Notes: a model not told the origin generated them from the letters alone. Counted from the stretch's first letter, positions 10,153-22,947 are shown. The stretch: 64,000 nucleotides of DNA from an uncultured Acidobacteriota bacterium (GCA_963836075.1 CAWIIB010000001.1:608001-672000), one strand, 5' to 3'. Made by a program: numbers and translations.

Positions 10153-10812
10153 TCAGAAGGACGCTCGCTGCACCGGGCTGTTCCCCGGGCCGAGGTAGAG
10201 GCGGGTCACCTTGTCGACGTAGTTGACGGTCTCGGTGATCCGCGGCACGCGGCCCAGCCGTTTGACCCGGCCCTCGCCGGAATTGTAGGCCGCAAGGGCC
10301 AGGGAGAGGTCCTGGTTGAACAGGTCGTGGAGGTAGCTGAGGTAGCGGATGCCGCCGTGCAGGTTCTGGTCCGGGTCAAAGGCGTCGGAGACCCCCAGCA
10401 TGCGCGCTGTCTCCGGCATCAGCTGCATCAGCCCCTGGGCGCCCTTGGGGGACACCGCCACGGGGTTGAAACCGGATTCCACCTCGATCACCGAAACCAC
10501 CAGCCGGGGGTCCATCCCGTAGCGGCTGCAGATCGATTCGATCTTCGGCAGGTAGTACCAGGCCCTGCCGCTGCCCGGTTTCATCAGCGCGGCCAGATTC
10601 TTGCCGGCGGGCCGGCGTCTCGGTGTGGTACGCACCACCGTTTCACAGCGCGCGCCGTGCTTCGGCTGGCGGTTGGTGAAGACCACCTTGCCGTCGGGCT
10701 GAACCACGCGGTAGATATCGGCCATGGCGCCGGCGGCAAAAAACGAGAAAAGCAGGGTCAGGCAGAGATACCGCGCCGCAAAAACCGATCCTGTCGCTCG
10801 CATGCAGGGCAT
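10153..10812 (-). CDS. Lytic transglycosylase (DUF4124-like N-terminus plus SLT domain)
   Basis: Signal peptide; VESGFNP, GAQGLMQLMP, ALAAYNSG. Confidence 0.88.
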   Translation of the reverse strand: MPCMRATGSVFAARYLCLTLLFSFFAAGAMADIYRVVQPDGKVVFTNRQPKHGARCETVVRTTPRRRPAGKNLAALMKPGSGRAWYYLPKIESICSRYGMDPRLVVSVIEVESGFNPVAVSPKGAQGLMQLMPETARMLGVSDAFDPDQNLHGGIRYLSYLHDLFNQDLSLALAAYNSGEGRVKRLGRVPRITETVNYVDKVTRLYLGPGNSPVQRASF

Positions 10813-10838
10813 CTCGTTCTAGCTCTCCGCGGCCGGGT

Positions 10839-10889
10839 TGCCGATAGGTTTCTCGTTCACTCTATCGGCATGAAACGGCCGGCGGTTGA
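10839..10889 (-). promoter_or_regulatory. sigma28-like promoter within a 9-bp inverted repeat
   Basis: Minus strand TCAA-N16-GCCGATAG; TGCCGATAG-N14-CTATCGGCA at 10839-10870. Confidence 0.45.
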
Positions 10890-10915
10890 GCCGGAATTTG
10901 ATGGTCCGGGGATGG

Positions 10916-13562
<2,647 letters not shown>

Positions 13563-13737
13563 CGGAAAGTTCCTTTCATCCGGTTACGAGTAACAGCAAC
13601 GTGGATCGACCAACCGCGACCCTCACTGCTGCCCGTGGGAAGCCCAATGATCATTTGTGCGAGGGGCGGATGTCAACCGGAGAAGCTGCCGAGACAGGAA
13701 AAATAGCCCGGGATTCCGCAATCGGGTCCGGCTTCAC

Positions 13738-13771
13738 TTTCATGGACAATAGACAGGAGAGACACTATGTT
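13738..13771 (+). promoter_or_regulatory. Candidate promoter containing the shared motif TTCATGGACAAT
   Basis: TGGACA-N17-TATGTT; the same 12-mer occurs at 16209 and a one-mismatch copy at 58262. Confidence 0.45.
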
Positions 13772-13825
13772 TAGACGTTAGCGATGAACGATCAAAGCAA
13801 CTTCAATCTCCAAATGGATGTATCG

Positions 13826-16195
13826 ATGAAGACCGCTCCGGTGCTCGGGCTGATCATTGTTTGTCTCTTCACAGTTCCGGCCACTGCAGCCACCATCCGC
13901 ATCCCCGCCGACCAGCCCACCATCCAGGCCGGGATCGATGCTGCCGCGGCCGGTGACACGGTGCTCGTGGCCGACGGCACCTGGACCGGCGGTGGCAACC
14001 AGAACATCGACTTCAAGGGCAAAGCGATTACGGTGCGGTCCGAGAATGGTCCGGCTGACTGCACCATCGACTGCGCCGAGGCAGGCCGCTACGCCTTCCG
14101 CGGATTCCTCTTCACCAACGGTGAAGGGCCGGATTCCCTGCTGCAGGGATTCCGGATCATCAATGGGGTGGTATACGGTACCTGGGATGCAAAGGGCGGC
14201 GGCATTTATGTCTCGGGCGCTTCACCGAGGATCGAAGATTGCATCATTGAATCCTGCCGTGCGTGGTACGGCGGCGGCATTTTCCTCGAGGACTCCTCGG
14301 CGGAGATTCTTAACTGCGTGATTACCGGCAACGACTCCAGCTGGGGCGGTGGTGGCATATGTTGCTTTGATACCGGGGTGCGGATCATTGGGAACAGTAT
14401 CGTCGACAATGAAGCCTATGACGCCGGGGGCGGCATCTTTTGTTACAGCAGCAGCGGTGTTGTGATCGAGGGGAACGAGATTGCCAACAACGTGGTGACC
14501 GAAATCGACTACTTTGGCGCCGGCGGCGGCATATTTTACTACTCTTCAAACACCCTGACCTTCACAAACAACGTGATCACCGGAAACAGTGCCTACCAAT
14601 CCGGAGGAGGCCTGGACTGCACCGCCGCATCCGCTATCATCAGTGGCAACACATTCGAAGATAACACTGCCCCTGCCGGCGGAGCGCTCCGCTTGCTCGG
14701 ATCTTCACCCACAGTGGAAAACAACCTCTTTGTTGCCAACCACGCCGACTGGTATGGCGGCGCCATCCACTGCCGTAACGCCTCTCCGGTCATCACCGGC
14801 TGCACCATGTCCGGCAACTCGGCGGAGACCTTTGCCGGGGCCGTGTACAGCAGTTCCAGCTCCGCACCCCTGATCACCAACTCGATCCTCTGGGGCAACA
14901 GCCCGGACCAGATCCATTTCATCGATCCCGGCATGCCCCTGGTCACCTGGTCCGACATACAGGATGGCTGGGAAGGCGAGGGCAACTTCGACGCCGCCCC
15001 GGTCTTCACCAATGGTCCCGAAGGTCTCTTCTACCTCAGCCAGATCGCCTCCGGCCAGGCCCTGGACAGCCCCTGTGTGGACTCCGGTGACCCGCTGTCC
15101 GAACTGGTCGACGGCACCACCCGCACTGATCAGCTGCCGGATTCGGGAATTGTGGACCTGGGCTATCACTACCCCTGTCCTGAAGCATGGATCCGCCTGG
15201 TCACCGGCCCCGGCGCCGGGTATGACAATCCGCCACTGGTGCGTGTCTATTTCCCGGTCCACCACGGTTCTCTGGAATACGAGTTCGCGGCGTATGGCGC
15301 TCCCCACTACGGTACGAATGTGACCTGCGGCGATATCAATGGTGACATGGTCGATGAGATCCTCACCGGGCCCGGCCCCGGGGACATCTACGGCCCCAAT
15401 GTGAGGGGCTTCAACAGCAGCGGCACTCCCCTGCCCGGCCTCAACTTTTTCGCCTACGGCACGAACAGGTTCGGTGTGAACGTGGATGCCGCAGACCTGG
15501 ACGGTGACGGCCGCGACGAGATCATCACCGGCGCCGGACCGGCAGAGGTGTTTGGTCCCCACGTCCGTGCCTGGATTTACAATGGCCCATCGGGTGTCAC
15601 ACCAATCCCGGGGGTGAGTTTCTTCGCCTACGGCACACCAAAGTGGGGCGTCAACGTGACGGCGGGTGACATTGACGGTGACGGGTTCGACGAGATCGTC
15701 ACCGGGACGGGGCCAGGAGCGGTGTACGGGCCCCATGTCCGTGGCTGGAACGTGGACGGCAACCCGTCGGTCTCAGCCATCCCCGGGGTCAGCTACTTCG
15801 CTTACGGCACCAACAGGTTCGGCGTCAACGTCAGCTGCGGCGACGTGGATGGCGACGGTATCGACGAGATCGTCACCGGCGCAGGCCCGGGCGCGGTCTT
15901 CGGCCCCCACGTCCGCGGCTGGAATTACGACGACAATGCCATTGCACCCCTGCCCGGATTCAGTTTCTTTGCCTGGAAGACCGAGCCGCTCAGCTTTGGA
16001 GTGAATGTCTTTACAGGGGTCGACCTGGATGGTGACGGCCGTGATGAACTGGTGGCGGGCCGCGGCCCTGGTCCGGACGCCGACACCGAGATCAAGGTCT
16101 TTACCTACGAAGGGACTGCGGTCAGCCAGTGGCTGTCACTGGAGGCATTCCCCGGTCTGACCCACGGAACAAATGTTGCGGCGGGGCGATTTTGA
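13826..16195 (+). CDS. Secreted parallel beta-helix protein with C-terminal FG-GAP-like propeller
   Basis: Signal peptide, QPTIQAGIDAA cap, repeated GGG(I/A)...N motifs, five DxDGD-type loops, ends THGTNVAAGRF. Confidence 0.85.
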   Translation: MKTAPVLGLIIVCLFTVPATAATIRIPADQPTIQAGIDAAAAGDTVLVADGTWTGGGNQNIDFKGKAITVRSENGPADCTIDCAEAGRYAFRGFLFTNGEGPDSLLQGFRIINGVVYGTWDAKGGGIYVSGASPRIEDCIIESCRAWYGGGIFLEDSSAEILNCVITGNDSSWGGGGICCFDTGVRIIGNSIVDNEAYDAGGGIFCYSSSGVVIEGNEIANNVVTEIDYFGAGGGIFYYSSNTLTFTNNVITGNSAYQSGGGLDCTAASAIISGNTFEDNTAPAGGALRLLGSSPTVENNLFVANHADWYGGAIHCRNASPVITGCTMSGNSAETFAGAVYSSSSSAPLITNSILWGNSPDQIHFIDPGMPLVTWSDIQDGWEGEGNFDAAPVFTNGPEGLFYLSQIASGQALDSPCVDSGDPLSELVDGTTRTDQLPDSGIVDLGYHYPCPEAWIRLVTGPGAGYDNPPLVRVYFPVHHGSLEYEFAAYGAPHYGTNVTCGDINGDMVDEILTGPGPGDIYGPNVRGFNSSGTPLPGLNFFAYGTNRFGVNVDAADLDGDGRDEIITGAGPAEVFGPHVRAWIYNGPSGVTPIPGVSFFAYGTPKWGVNVTAGDIDGDGFDEIVTGTGPGAVYGPHVRGWNVDGNPSVSAIPGVSYFAYGTNRFGVNVSCGDVDGDGIDEIVTGAGPGAVFGPHVRGWNYDDNAIAPLPGFSFFAWKTEPLSFGVNVFTGVDLDGDGRDELVAGRGPGPDADTEIKVFTYEGTAVSQWLSLEAFPGLTHGTNVAAGRF
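14990..15540 (+). repeat. Dispersed repeat, copy 1 (linker plus start of propeller)
   Basis: By eye, highly similar at DNA level to 19081-19631. Confidence 0.85.
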
Positions 16196-16298
16196 TCGGC
16201 GCGTTCAATTCATGGACAATGTCTCAGTTGAGATTTCCTGCCGTTTACCGCAGGAGCAGGTGTATAATTTCGATCAATTGCAATCATGGAGGGTGCTG

Positions 16299-17822
16299 AT
16301 GAAGAATTCGCTGACCTGTTTTGCCTGCCTTTTCTTGATCGCAGCCCTACCTTCCGTTGCCGCCACCATCAACGTCCCCGGCGACCAGCCCACCATCCAG
16401 GCGGGCATCGACCTGGCGCTGGATGGCGACACGGTGCTGGTGGCCGACGGCACGTACACCGGCGAGGGCAATTGGAATATCGACTTTCACGGAAAGGCCG
16501 TGACCCTCATCTCGGCCAACGGGCGCGACCATTGCACAATCGACCTCCAGGGCCACTGGGGTTTCCAGCTGGACAGCGGAGAGGGACCGGGCAGTGTCAT
16601 CCAGGGGTTCACCATCGCCAACGGCAGCAGATCCTTCCCCCCGGGCAGCGGCGGGGCAATCTACTGCGGGGATGCAAGCCCCAGCATCCTGGACAACTCG
16701 TTCATCGACAACGTCTCCCCGGGTGATTCGGGCGGTGCCATTGCCTGTGGGAACACCACTGTGATCCGGGGGAACTACTTCTCCGGGAACTGGTGCGATG
16801 ATGACGGTGGCGCTCTCTCCACCACTGGAGGCTCCCCACTGGTTCTGGACAATGTCTTCTATGATAATGAATCCTTCCTGAGTGGTGGGGCGATTGGCTG
16901 TTGGGGGGGATCACCGCTGATCATCAACAATCTAATCGTGGGAAACAGAACGGATTTCGAGGCCAATGATATCGGAGGAGGAGGAATCTCCTGCTACTAC
17001 GGCGCTTTTCCCGAGCTCATCAACTGCACCCTGGCGGACAATGACGCCGGGTGGATTGGTGGCGCTGTTTTTGTTGATGAGTACTCCGGAATCACCTGCA
17101 CCAACTGCGTTCTCTGGAACAACACCAGCATTATGGGGTTCGACCAGATCAGCGGAATGTCGGGAGGGATGGCCCTCGTCGAATATTCCGACGTGATGGG
17201 CGGCTGGAGCGGCACCGGCAACATCGACAGCGACCCCCTCTTTGTCACCGGGCCCGGCGGAGACTACCTGCTGTCCCAGACCAGCGCCGGCCAGGCCGTG
17301 GACAGCCCCTGTCTCGACACCGGCAATGGTCCTGCTGATGACGTCTGCTACCAGGAGAACGGCTGGTGGACTTGCCTCCACCAGCTCACCACCCGCAGCG
17401 ACCGTATCCGCGACCTGGGCACGGTGGATATGGGCTACCACGCCGCGGCCTGGAGCTCGGTGGGTGCGTCGTTCACCTGCACTCCCGCTTCGGGCACCCT
17501 GCCCTTCAGCAGCCTGATGACCGCCACCCTGTTCAACCACTACCCCGATATGACCCGGAAGATTGCCGCCCGCATCGACATCGACCTGGCCGGCGGGGCG
17601 AGCTTCGCCTCCTGGCGTGCCGGTTATACCAACATCGCCGGCGGCAGCAACCATGTGCGGAGCTGGATGCAGTATTTGCCCCCGTATGCCACCTTGCGGG
17701 GAGACAATCGGTTCACGCTCATTGCCGAGGATGTGACGCCGGCGCCCTACAACCAGCCGCCCTACCCGCCGGCCGGTTCCAGCGCGTATGATCTCATCAC
17801 GGTGACCGGCTACGCTCCATAG
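16299..17822 (+). CDS. Secreted parallel beta-helix protein with an alternative ~120-aa C-terminal domain
   Basis: Same cap and linker as its neighbours; ends ...EDVTPAPYNQPPYPPAG...GYAP; TATAAT and GGAGG upstream. Confidence 0.82.
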   Translation: MKNSLTCFACLFLIAALPSVAATINVPGDQPTIQAGIDLALDGDTVLVADGTYTGEGNWNIDFHGKAVTLISANGRDHCTIDLQGHWGFQLDSGEGPGSVIQGFTIANGSRSFPPGSGGAIYCGDASPSILDNSFIDNVSPGDSGGAIACGNTTVIRGNYFSGNWCDDDGGALSTTGGSPLVLDNVFYDNESFLSGGAIGCWGGSPLIINNLIVGNRTDFEANDIGGGGISCYYGAFPELINCTLADNDAGWIGGAVFVDEYSGITCTNCVLWNNTSIMGFDQISGMSGGMALVEYSDVMGGWSGTGNIDSDPLFVTGPGGDYLLSQTSAGQAVDSPCLDTGNGPADDVCYQENGWWTCLHQLTTRSDRIRDLGTVDMGYHAAAWSSVGASFTCTPASGTLPFSSLMTATLFNHYPDMTRKIAARIDIDLAGGASFASWRAGYTNIAGGSNHVRSWMQYLPPYATLRGDNRFTLIAEDVTPAPYNQPPYPPAGSSAYDLITVTGYAP

Positions 17823-17849
17823 TCCTGCGATTTTCCGCAAGGAGTTTAC

Positions 17850-20280
17850 ATGGCGAGGTGGATCAGAACCGCCATCCCGACCCTCCTGCTGGGAATTGTC
17901 TGTCTCCCGGCCCATGCCGCCACCATCCACGTCCCCGCCGACCAGCCCACCATCCAGGCCGGTATCGATGCCGCCGCGGCCGGTGACACGGTGCTCGTGG
18001 CCGACGGCACGTACACCGGTGAAGGGAACCGGGACATCGAGTTCCGGGGGGAACCGATCACCGTCCGCTCCGAAAACGGGCCGGAGTACCTGCACCATCG
18101 ACTGCAACTCCTCCCCGACCAATCCGCACCAGGGCTTCCGCATCGTCTCGGGCGAGGGGGCGGGCACGTTGCTGCAGGGGTTCACGATCATCAACGGGAT
18201 GGGGGGGGGCCACGGGACGGGGGAAGGCGGGGCCGTCTACGCCTATGCTTCTGCGATCACTGTCGAATTCTGCATCATCGAGTCCAGCAGGGCCTCACGG
18301 GGTGGCGGCATCTACGCCCTGCTCGCAACGGTGAACGTCCTCGACTGCCGTATCGAGGGATGCACCGGTTGTGGAATTTACTGTCACAGTTGTGAAGGCA
18401 TAATCTCCGGCAACACCATCACCGACAACACCGGCGGCCTCGGCGCCGGCCTCCACAGTTCTTTCAGCCGCTTCCTGATCTCGGAGAACACCATCACCGC
18501 CAATACAACTTACAATGGTGGGGGCGGGATCTACTGCACCGGCGGGATCGGCACCGATATCGTCAACAATACCATCGCCGACAACTATGCCGAAACTTTT
18601 GCCAAGACGGGAGGAAACGGCATCCTCTGCCAAACCGCGGATGGCCTGAGGATCGCCGACAACGTGATCACCGGCAATACTGGTTACAGTTACGGCGGAG
18701 GGATCAGCTGCGAGTATTCATCACCGGTCATCGAGGGCAACCGAATCCAGGGGAATACGGCATTCATGGGCGGAGCGGTGAGGGTGCTTCACAACTCCCC
18801 CCTACTGAAGAACAACCTGATGACCGGGAATCATGTCAGCGGGTATGGCGGCGCGGTCCACTGCCTGTACGCCGCGCCCCGGATCGAGGGCTGCACCATG
18901 GCCGACAATCACGCCGACACCACGGCCGGTGCTGTGTACTGCAATGCGGGATCCACAGCGGTCATCACCGAATCGATCCTCTGGGGCAACACCCCGGACC
19001 AGATCCGCACCATCGAACCGGGCGAAGCAAATCTCTCCTGGTGCGACATCGAGGGCGGCTGGCCGGGCAAGAACAACATCGACGCCGACCCGGTCTTCAC
19101 CAACGGTCCCGAAGGTCTCTTCTACCTCAGCCAGATCGCCTCCGGCCAGGCCCTGGACAGCCCGTGCATCGACTCCGGTGATCCGCTGTCCGAACTGGTC
19201 GACGGCACCACCCGCACCGACCAGGTGCCGGATTCGGGAACTGTGGACCTCGGCTATCACTATCCCTGTCCTGAAGCATGGATACGCCTGGTCACCGGCC
19301 CCGGAGCCGGGTATGACAATCCGCCACTGGTGCGTGTCTATTTCCCGGTCCACCACGGTCCCATGGAATACGAGTTCTCGGCCTATGGCGCTCCCCACCA
19401 CGGTACGAATGTGACCTGCGGCAATGTCAATGGTGACATAGTCGATGAGATCCTCACCGGGCCCGGCCCCGGGAACATCTACGGTCCCCATGTAAGGGGC
19501 TTCAACAGCAGCGGCACTCCCCTGCCCGGCCTCAACTTCCTCGCCTACGGCACGAACAAGTTCGGAGTGAACGTGGCCGCCGGCGACCTGGACGGTGACG
19601 GACGTGACGAGGTCATCACCGGCGCCGGACCCGGCACTGTCTTTGGCCCACACGTCCGCGGCTGGACCTACGACAACACCGCCGTCACCCCGATGCCCGG
19701 CGTCAACTACTTCGCCTATGGCACCCCCAAGTGGGGCGTGAATGTTGCTGCGGGCGACATCGACGGCGACGGTTTTGACGAGATCGTCACCGGAGCGGGC
19801 CCCGGAGCGGTGTTCGGCCCCCATGTCCGGGGCTGGAATGCGGACGGCGGAGAAGTCACCGCCATTCCCGCAGTCAGCTTCTTCGCATACGGCACACTGA
19901 AGTTCGGCGTCAATGTCAGCTGCGGCGACGTGGACGGCGACGGTATGGACGAAATCGTCACCGGTGCCGGTCCGGGCGAGAATTTCGGTCCCCACGTCCG
20001 AGGCTGGAACTACGACGGCGACGCCGTCACTCCCCTGTCGGACTTCAGTTTCTTTGCCTGGCTGACCGGTTCCCAGAGCTACGGGGTCAACGTCTTTACC
20101 GGCACCGACATCAACGGCGACGGCCTCGACGACGTGATCGCCGGCCGCGGCCCCGATCCGGAGGCTGATACCCAGGTCAAGGTCTTCAGCTACTTCCAGG
20201 GCGAGGTGGTGGAGTGGATGGCTATCGACGCCTTCGAGGGAATGACCCACGGTACGAACGTGGCGGCGGGACGATTCTGA
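17850..20280 (+). CDS. Secreted parallel beta-helix protein with C-terminal FG-GAP-like propeller (frameshift near 18089)
   Basis: ORFs 17850 and 17896 join on removing one C; paralog of the 13826 gene. Confidence 0.82.
19081..19631 (+). repeat. Dispersed repeat, copy 2
   Basis: By eye, highly similar at DNA level to 14990-15540. Confidence 0.85.
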
Positions 20281-20291
20281 ATCCATAAAAA

Positions 20292-20316
20292 TGGCGAGCC
20301 CAATGGGATTTGAACC
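20292..20316 (-). other. Orphan tRNA 3'-end fragment (att-like scar)
   Basis: Minus strand GG-TTCAAAT-CCCAT-TGGGCTC-G-CCA has the exact T-loop/T-stem/acceptor/discriminator/CCA spacing; the 5' part is absent (recX lies there). Confidence 0.7.
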
Positions 20317-20318
20317 GG

Positions 20319-20831
20319 TCACCAGTCCAGCAGGTCGGGGAACTCCCGGGCCAGGTGGGACCTGACCGCGTCGGGCGGGTGGCCGTTGTTGGCCAGGTGC
20401 CGCATCAGGCGGACCAGGCCCTTGCGGTTCTTCGGCCGGCCGCCCACCCTGAGCCGCTTCTCCAGCGCCCGCTGCAGGATGGCATCCCGGCCCCCGGCCT
20501 CCAGCTGAGCCTCCTCCGCCGCTTCGGCTGCAACGACCTCGTCCACGCCCAGACGGCCCAGTTCCAGCAGCACCCGTCGCATCCCCTGGTTGCGGTGGAC
20601 AAAGCGGCTGCGGGCGGCCTCGCCGGCAAAGCGGCGGTCGTCCAGCAACCGCTGCTCCTTCAGCCGCACCAGCACCCGGGCCACTGTGTGCGGATCCCCC
20701 GGGCCTGCAGCTCGGGTGCCGGCTTCCAGGCGCGTGCGCAGCTCGGCCTCGGAACGCATCCGTACAGCCAGCAGCTTCACCGCCCGGGTATAGAGCGCGG
20801 CATAGGTGTCCTCACCCTTTTCCTGGTTCAT
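20319..20831 (-). CDS. recX: Regulatory protein RecX
   Basis: AVKLLAVRMRSEAELRTRL, LLDDRRFA, ELGRLGV; position between pilT and alaS. Confidence 0.8.
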   Translation of the reverse strand: MNQEKGEDTYAALYTRAVKLLAVRMRSEAELRTRLEAGTRAAGPGDPHTVARVLVRLKEQRLLDDRRFAGEAARSRFVHRNQGMRRVLLELGRLGVDEVVAAEAAEEAQLEAGGRDAILQRALEKRLRVGGRPKNRKGLVRLMRHLANNGHPPDAVRSHLAREFPDLLDW

Positions 20832-20887
20832 GAATCAGAGGATATCACGCGCGGCGGCAGGCAGCGCAAGGGGCTGCGCGGCCCGGA

Positions 20888-22033
20888 TCAGCCGCCGGCC
20901 TTCATCTGCTCGGCTTCCTGGGCCAGCATCCGCTCGGCCACCTCGGCACCGAGGTCGGAGGTCGACTGGATGCCCTGAATCTTCAGCCTGAACTCGTCGG
21001 GCCGGGTCGTCCGCTTGATCGCTTCCTCCACCGTGATCATCCCCTGCTTGTAGAGGTGGAACAGCGACTGGTCAAAGGTCTGCATGCCGTACTGCGAGAC
21101 GCCGGCGGCGATGGCATCGTGGATCAGTTTGGTCTTATCCGGGTCCTCGATGCAGTCGCGGATATAGTTGGTGGCGATCAGCGCCTCCACCGCCGGCACC
21201 CGACCCTCCTTGTCCGCCCGGGGCAGCAGCCGCATGGAGATCACCGCCTTGAGCACGGCGGCCAGCTGCAGCCGGATCTGCTGCTGCTGGTGCGGCGGGA
21301 ACATGGCGATGATGCGGTTTATCGTCTCGGTGGCATCGAGGGTGTGCAGGGTGCTGAAGACCAGGTGACCGGTCTCGGCGGCCAGCAGGGCAGTCTCGAT
21401 GGTCTCGTAGTCCCGCATCTCCCCCACCAGGATCACGTCGGGGTCCTGGCGCAGGGCGCTGCGCAGGGCGCAGGAGAAGTTGCGGGTGTCCACGTCGATC
21501 TCCCGCTGGTTGACCAGGCTCCGCTTGTCGCGGTGCAGGAACTCGATGGGGTCCTCGATGGTCATGATGTGTTCGCTGCGCGTGGCGTTGATGTGGTCCA
21601 CCATGGCGGCCAGCGAAGTGGACTTGCCGCTGCCGGTGGTTCCGGTGACCAGCACCATGCCCCGCTTCTCCTGGCAGACCTTTTTCAGCACCGTGGGCAG
21701 GTTGAGGGCCTCGATGCTGAGGATCTTCACCGGGATCACCCGGAAGACCATGCCCACCGTGCCCCGCTGCTGGAACATGTTGCAGCGGAAGCGGCCCAGT
21801 CCGGCTACGGAATGGGCCATGTCGATCTCCAGGTTTTTCTTGAACCGTTCCTTCTGCCGGTCGTTCATGATGCTCGAGGCAATGGCCACGGTGTCTTCCG
21901 AGAGCAGGCGCTTGATGTCCACCAGCGGAAAGAGGTCTCCGTTGATCCGGATCACCGGATGCTGGCCCACCTTGAGGTGAACGTCCGAGGCATTGCGTTC
22001 GATGGCCATTTTCAGCAGGTCGTTGATGTGCAC
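20888..22033 (-). CDS. pilT: Type IV pilus retraction ATPase, PilT/PilU family
   Basis: ASDVHL, GTTGSGKST, TIEDPIE, LRQDPDVILVGEMRD, AAETGHLVFSTLHT, GMQTFDQ. Confidence 0.9.
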   Translation of the reverse strand: MHINDLLKMAIERNASDVHLKVGQHPVIRINGDLFPLVDIKRLLSEDTVAIASSIMNDRQKERFKKNLEIDMAHSVAGLGRFRCNMFQQRGTVGMVFRVIPVKILSIEALNLPTVLKKVCQEKRGMVLVTGTTGSGKSTSLAAMVDHINATRSEHIMTIEDPIEFLHRDKRSLVNQREIDVDTRNFSCALRSALRQDPDVILVGEMRDYETIETALLAAETGHLVFSTLHTLDATETINRIIAMFPPHQQQQIRLQLAAVLKAVISMRLLPRADKEGRVPAVEALIATNYIRDCIEDPDKTKLIHDAIAAGVSQYGMQTFDQSLFHLYKQGMITVEEAIKRTTRPDEFRLKIQGIQSTSDLGAEVAERMLAQEAEQMKAGG

Positions 22034-22185
22034 CGTTCACCTCCAGTCACGGGCGCGGCTCGCGCAAACGGAAAACAGGCGGCTGCCCCGGTAGAATTCT
22101 TGCGGATCTCTATCTTGGTATCGGCAGACGAGCAGCGCCAGATTATCGGTAGTTTTGTGGAAATCAGGGGATGGGAGCCGCGGGA

Positions 22186-22947
22186 TCAGCCCATGTCGCC
22201 GAAGGCCAGCTGCAGCGCCACCAGCGAGGCCAACGCCGCGGTGGCCGTGCGCAGGATCCGGGGCCCCAGGGAGACCGGCCGGAACCCCGATTGCAGGGCC
22301 AGGTCCAGTTCCTCCGCGGTCCAGCCGCCCTCGGGCCCCACCAGCAGGGAGACGGTCTCCGCCGGCGTTTCCTGGGACAGCGAGCGGTCCAGCGGCGGGT
22401 GGACTCCGTGCTCGGCAGGGATGATCCGTAATCCGGGTCTGGAAGCGGCGTCCTCCAGGGCCTGGCTAAAGGCCAGGGGCGGGCTGAGGTGGGGCGGGCG
22501 GAAGCGGCCGCTGGACTTGCAGGCATCGCGGGCGATCTTTTCCCAGCGGGGGAGCCGGCGGGCCACGCCCTCGGTGGTGGCCAGCAGCGCCGCCCGGCTG
22601 CGGGTGGTGACCACCGGAGAGATGCTTCTGGCCCCCAGTTCGGTGGCCCGGGCGATGATCTCCTCCATCACCCCGCGGGAGGCGGGCAGCGCCTGGTAGA
22701 GGGCCACATCGAGCAGCGGCTCGCGGGAGCCGGGGGGCAGCTCCGTTTCCAGCAGCACCGACAGCCGGTCCCGGCCGATGGTCTCCACCCGGCCCCGGTA
22801 GCCCCGGCCCCGGCCGTCGAAGACCTCCACCTCCGCGCCCGGCCGCACCCGGCGGACGCGGGCCAGGTGGTGGAACTCCTCCCCCCGCACCTCGGCACGG
22901 TTGGCGGCAATGGCTTCCGGCGGGACAAAGACCCTTTTGCAGGACAT
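22186..22947 (-). CDS. rsmE: 16S rRNA m3U1498 methyltransferase
   Basis: HHLARVRR, ATELG, VGPEGG, SLGPRILRTATA. Confidence 0.92.
   Translation of the reverse strand: MSCKRVFVPPEAIAANRAEVRGEEFHHLARVRRVRPGAEVEVFDGRGRGYRGRVETIGRDRLSVLLETELPPGSREPLLDVALYQALPASRGVMEEIIARATELGARSISPVVTTRSRAALLATTEGVARRLPRWEKIARDACKSSGRFRPPHLSPPLAFSQALEDAASRPGLRIIPAEHGVHPPLDRSLSQETPAETVSLLVGPEGGWTAEELDLALQSGFRPVSLGPRILRTATAALASLVALQLAFGDMG

Noticed and set aside
13636-13649. TGGGAAGCCCAATG as a second att copy (12/14 match to 20292-20305)
   Set aside because: Short, lacks the T-loop, and lies within the alaS upstream region; possibly chance, though not excluded
14990-19631. Repeat pair as a diversity-generating retroelement TR/VR
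   Set aside because: Mismatches involve all bases and many are synonymous, not adenine-specific; both copies are coding; no reverse transcriptase is in the window
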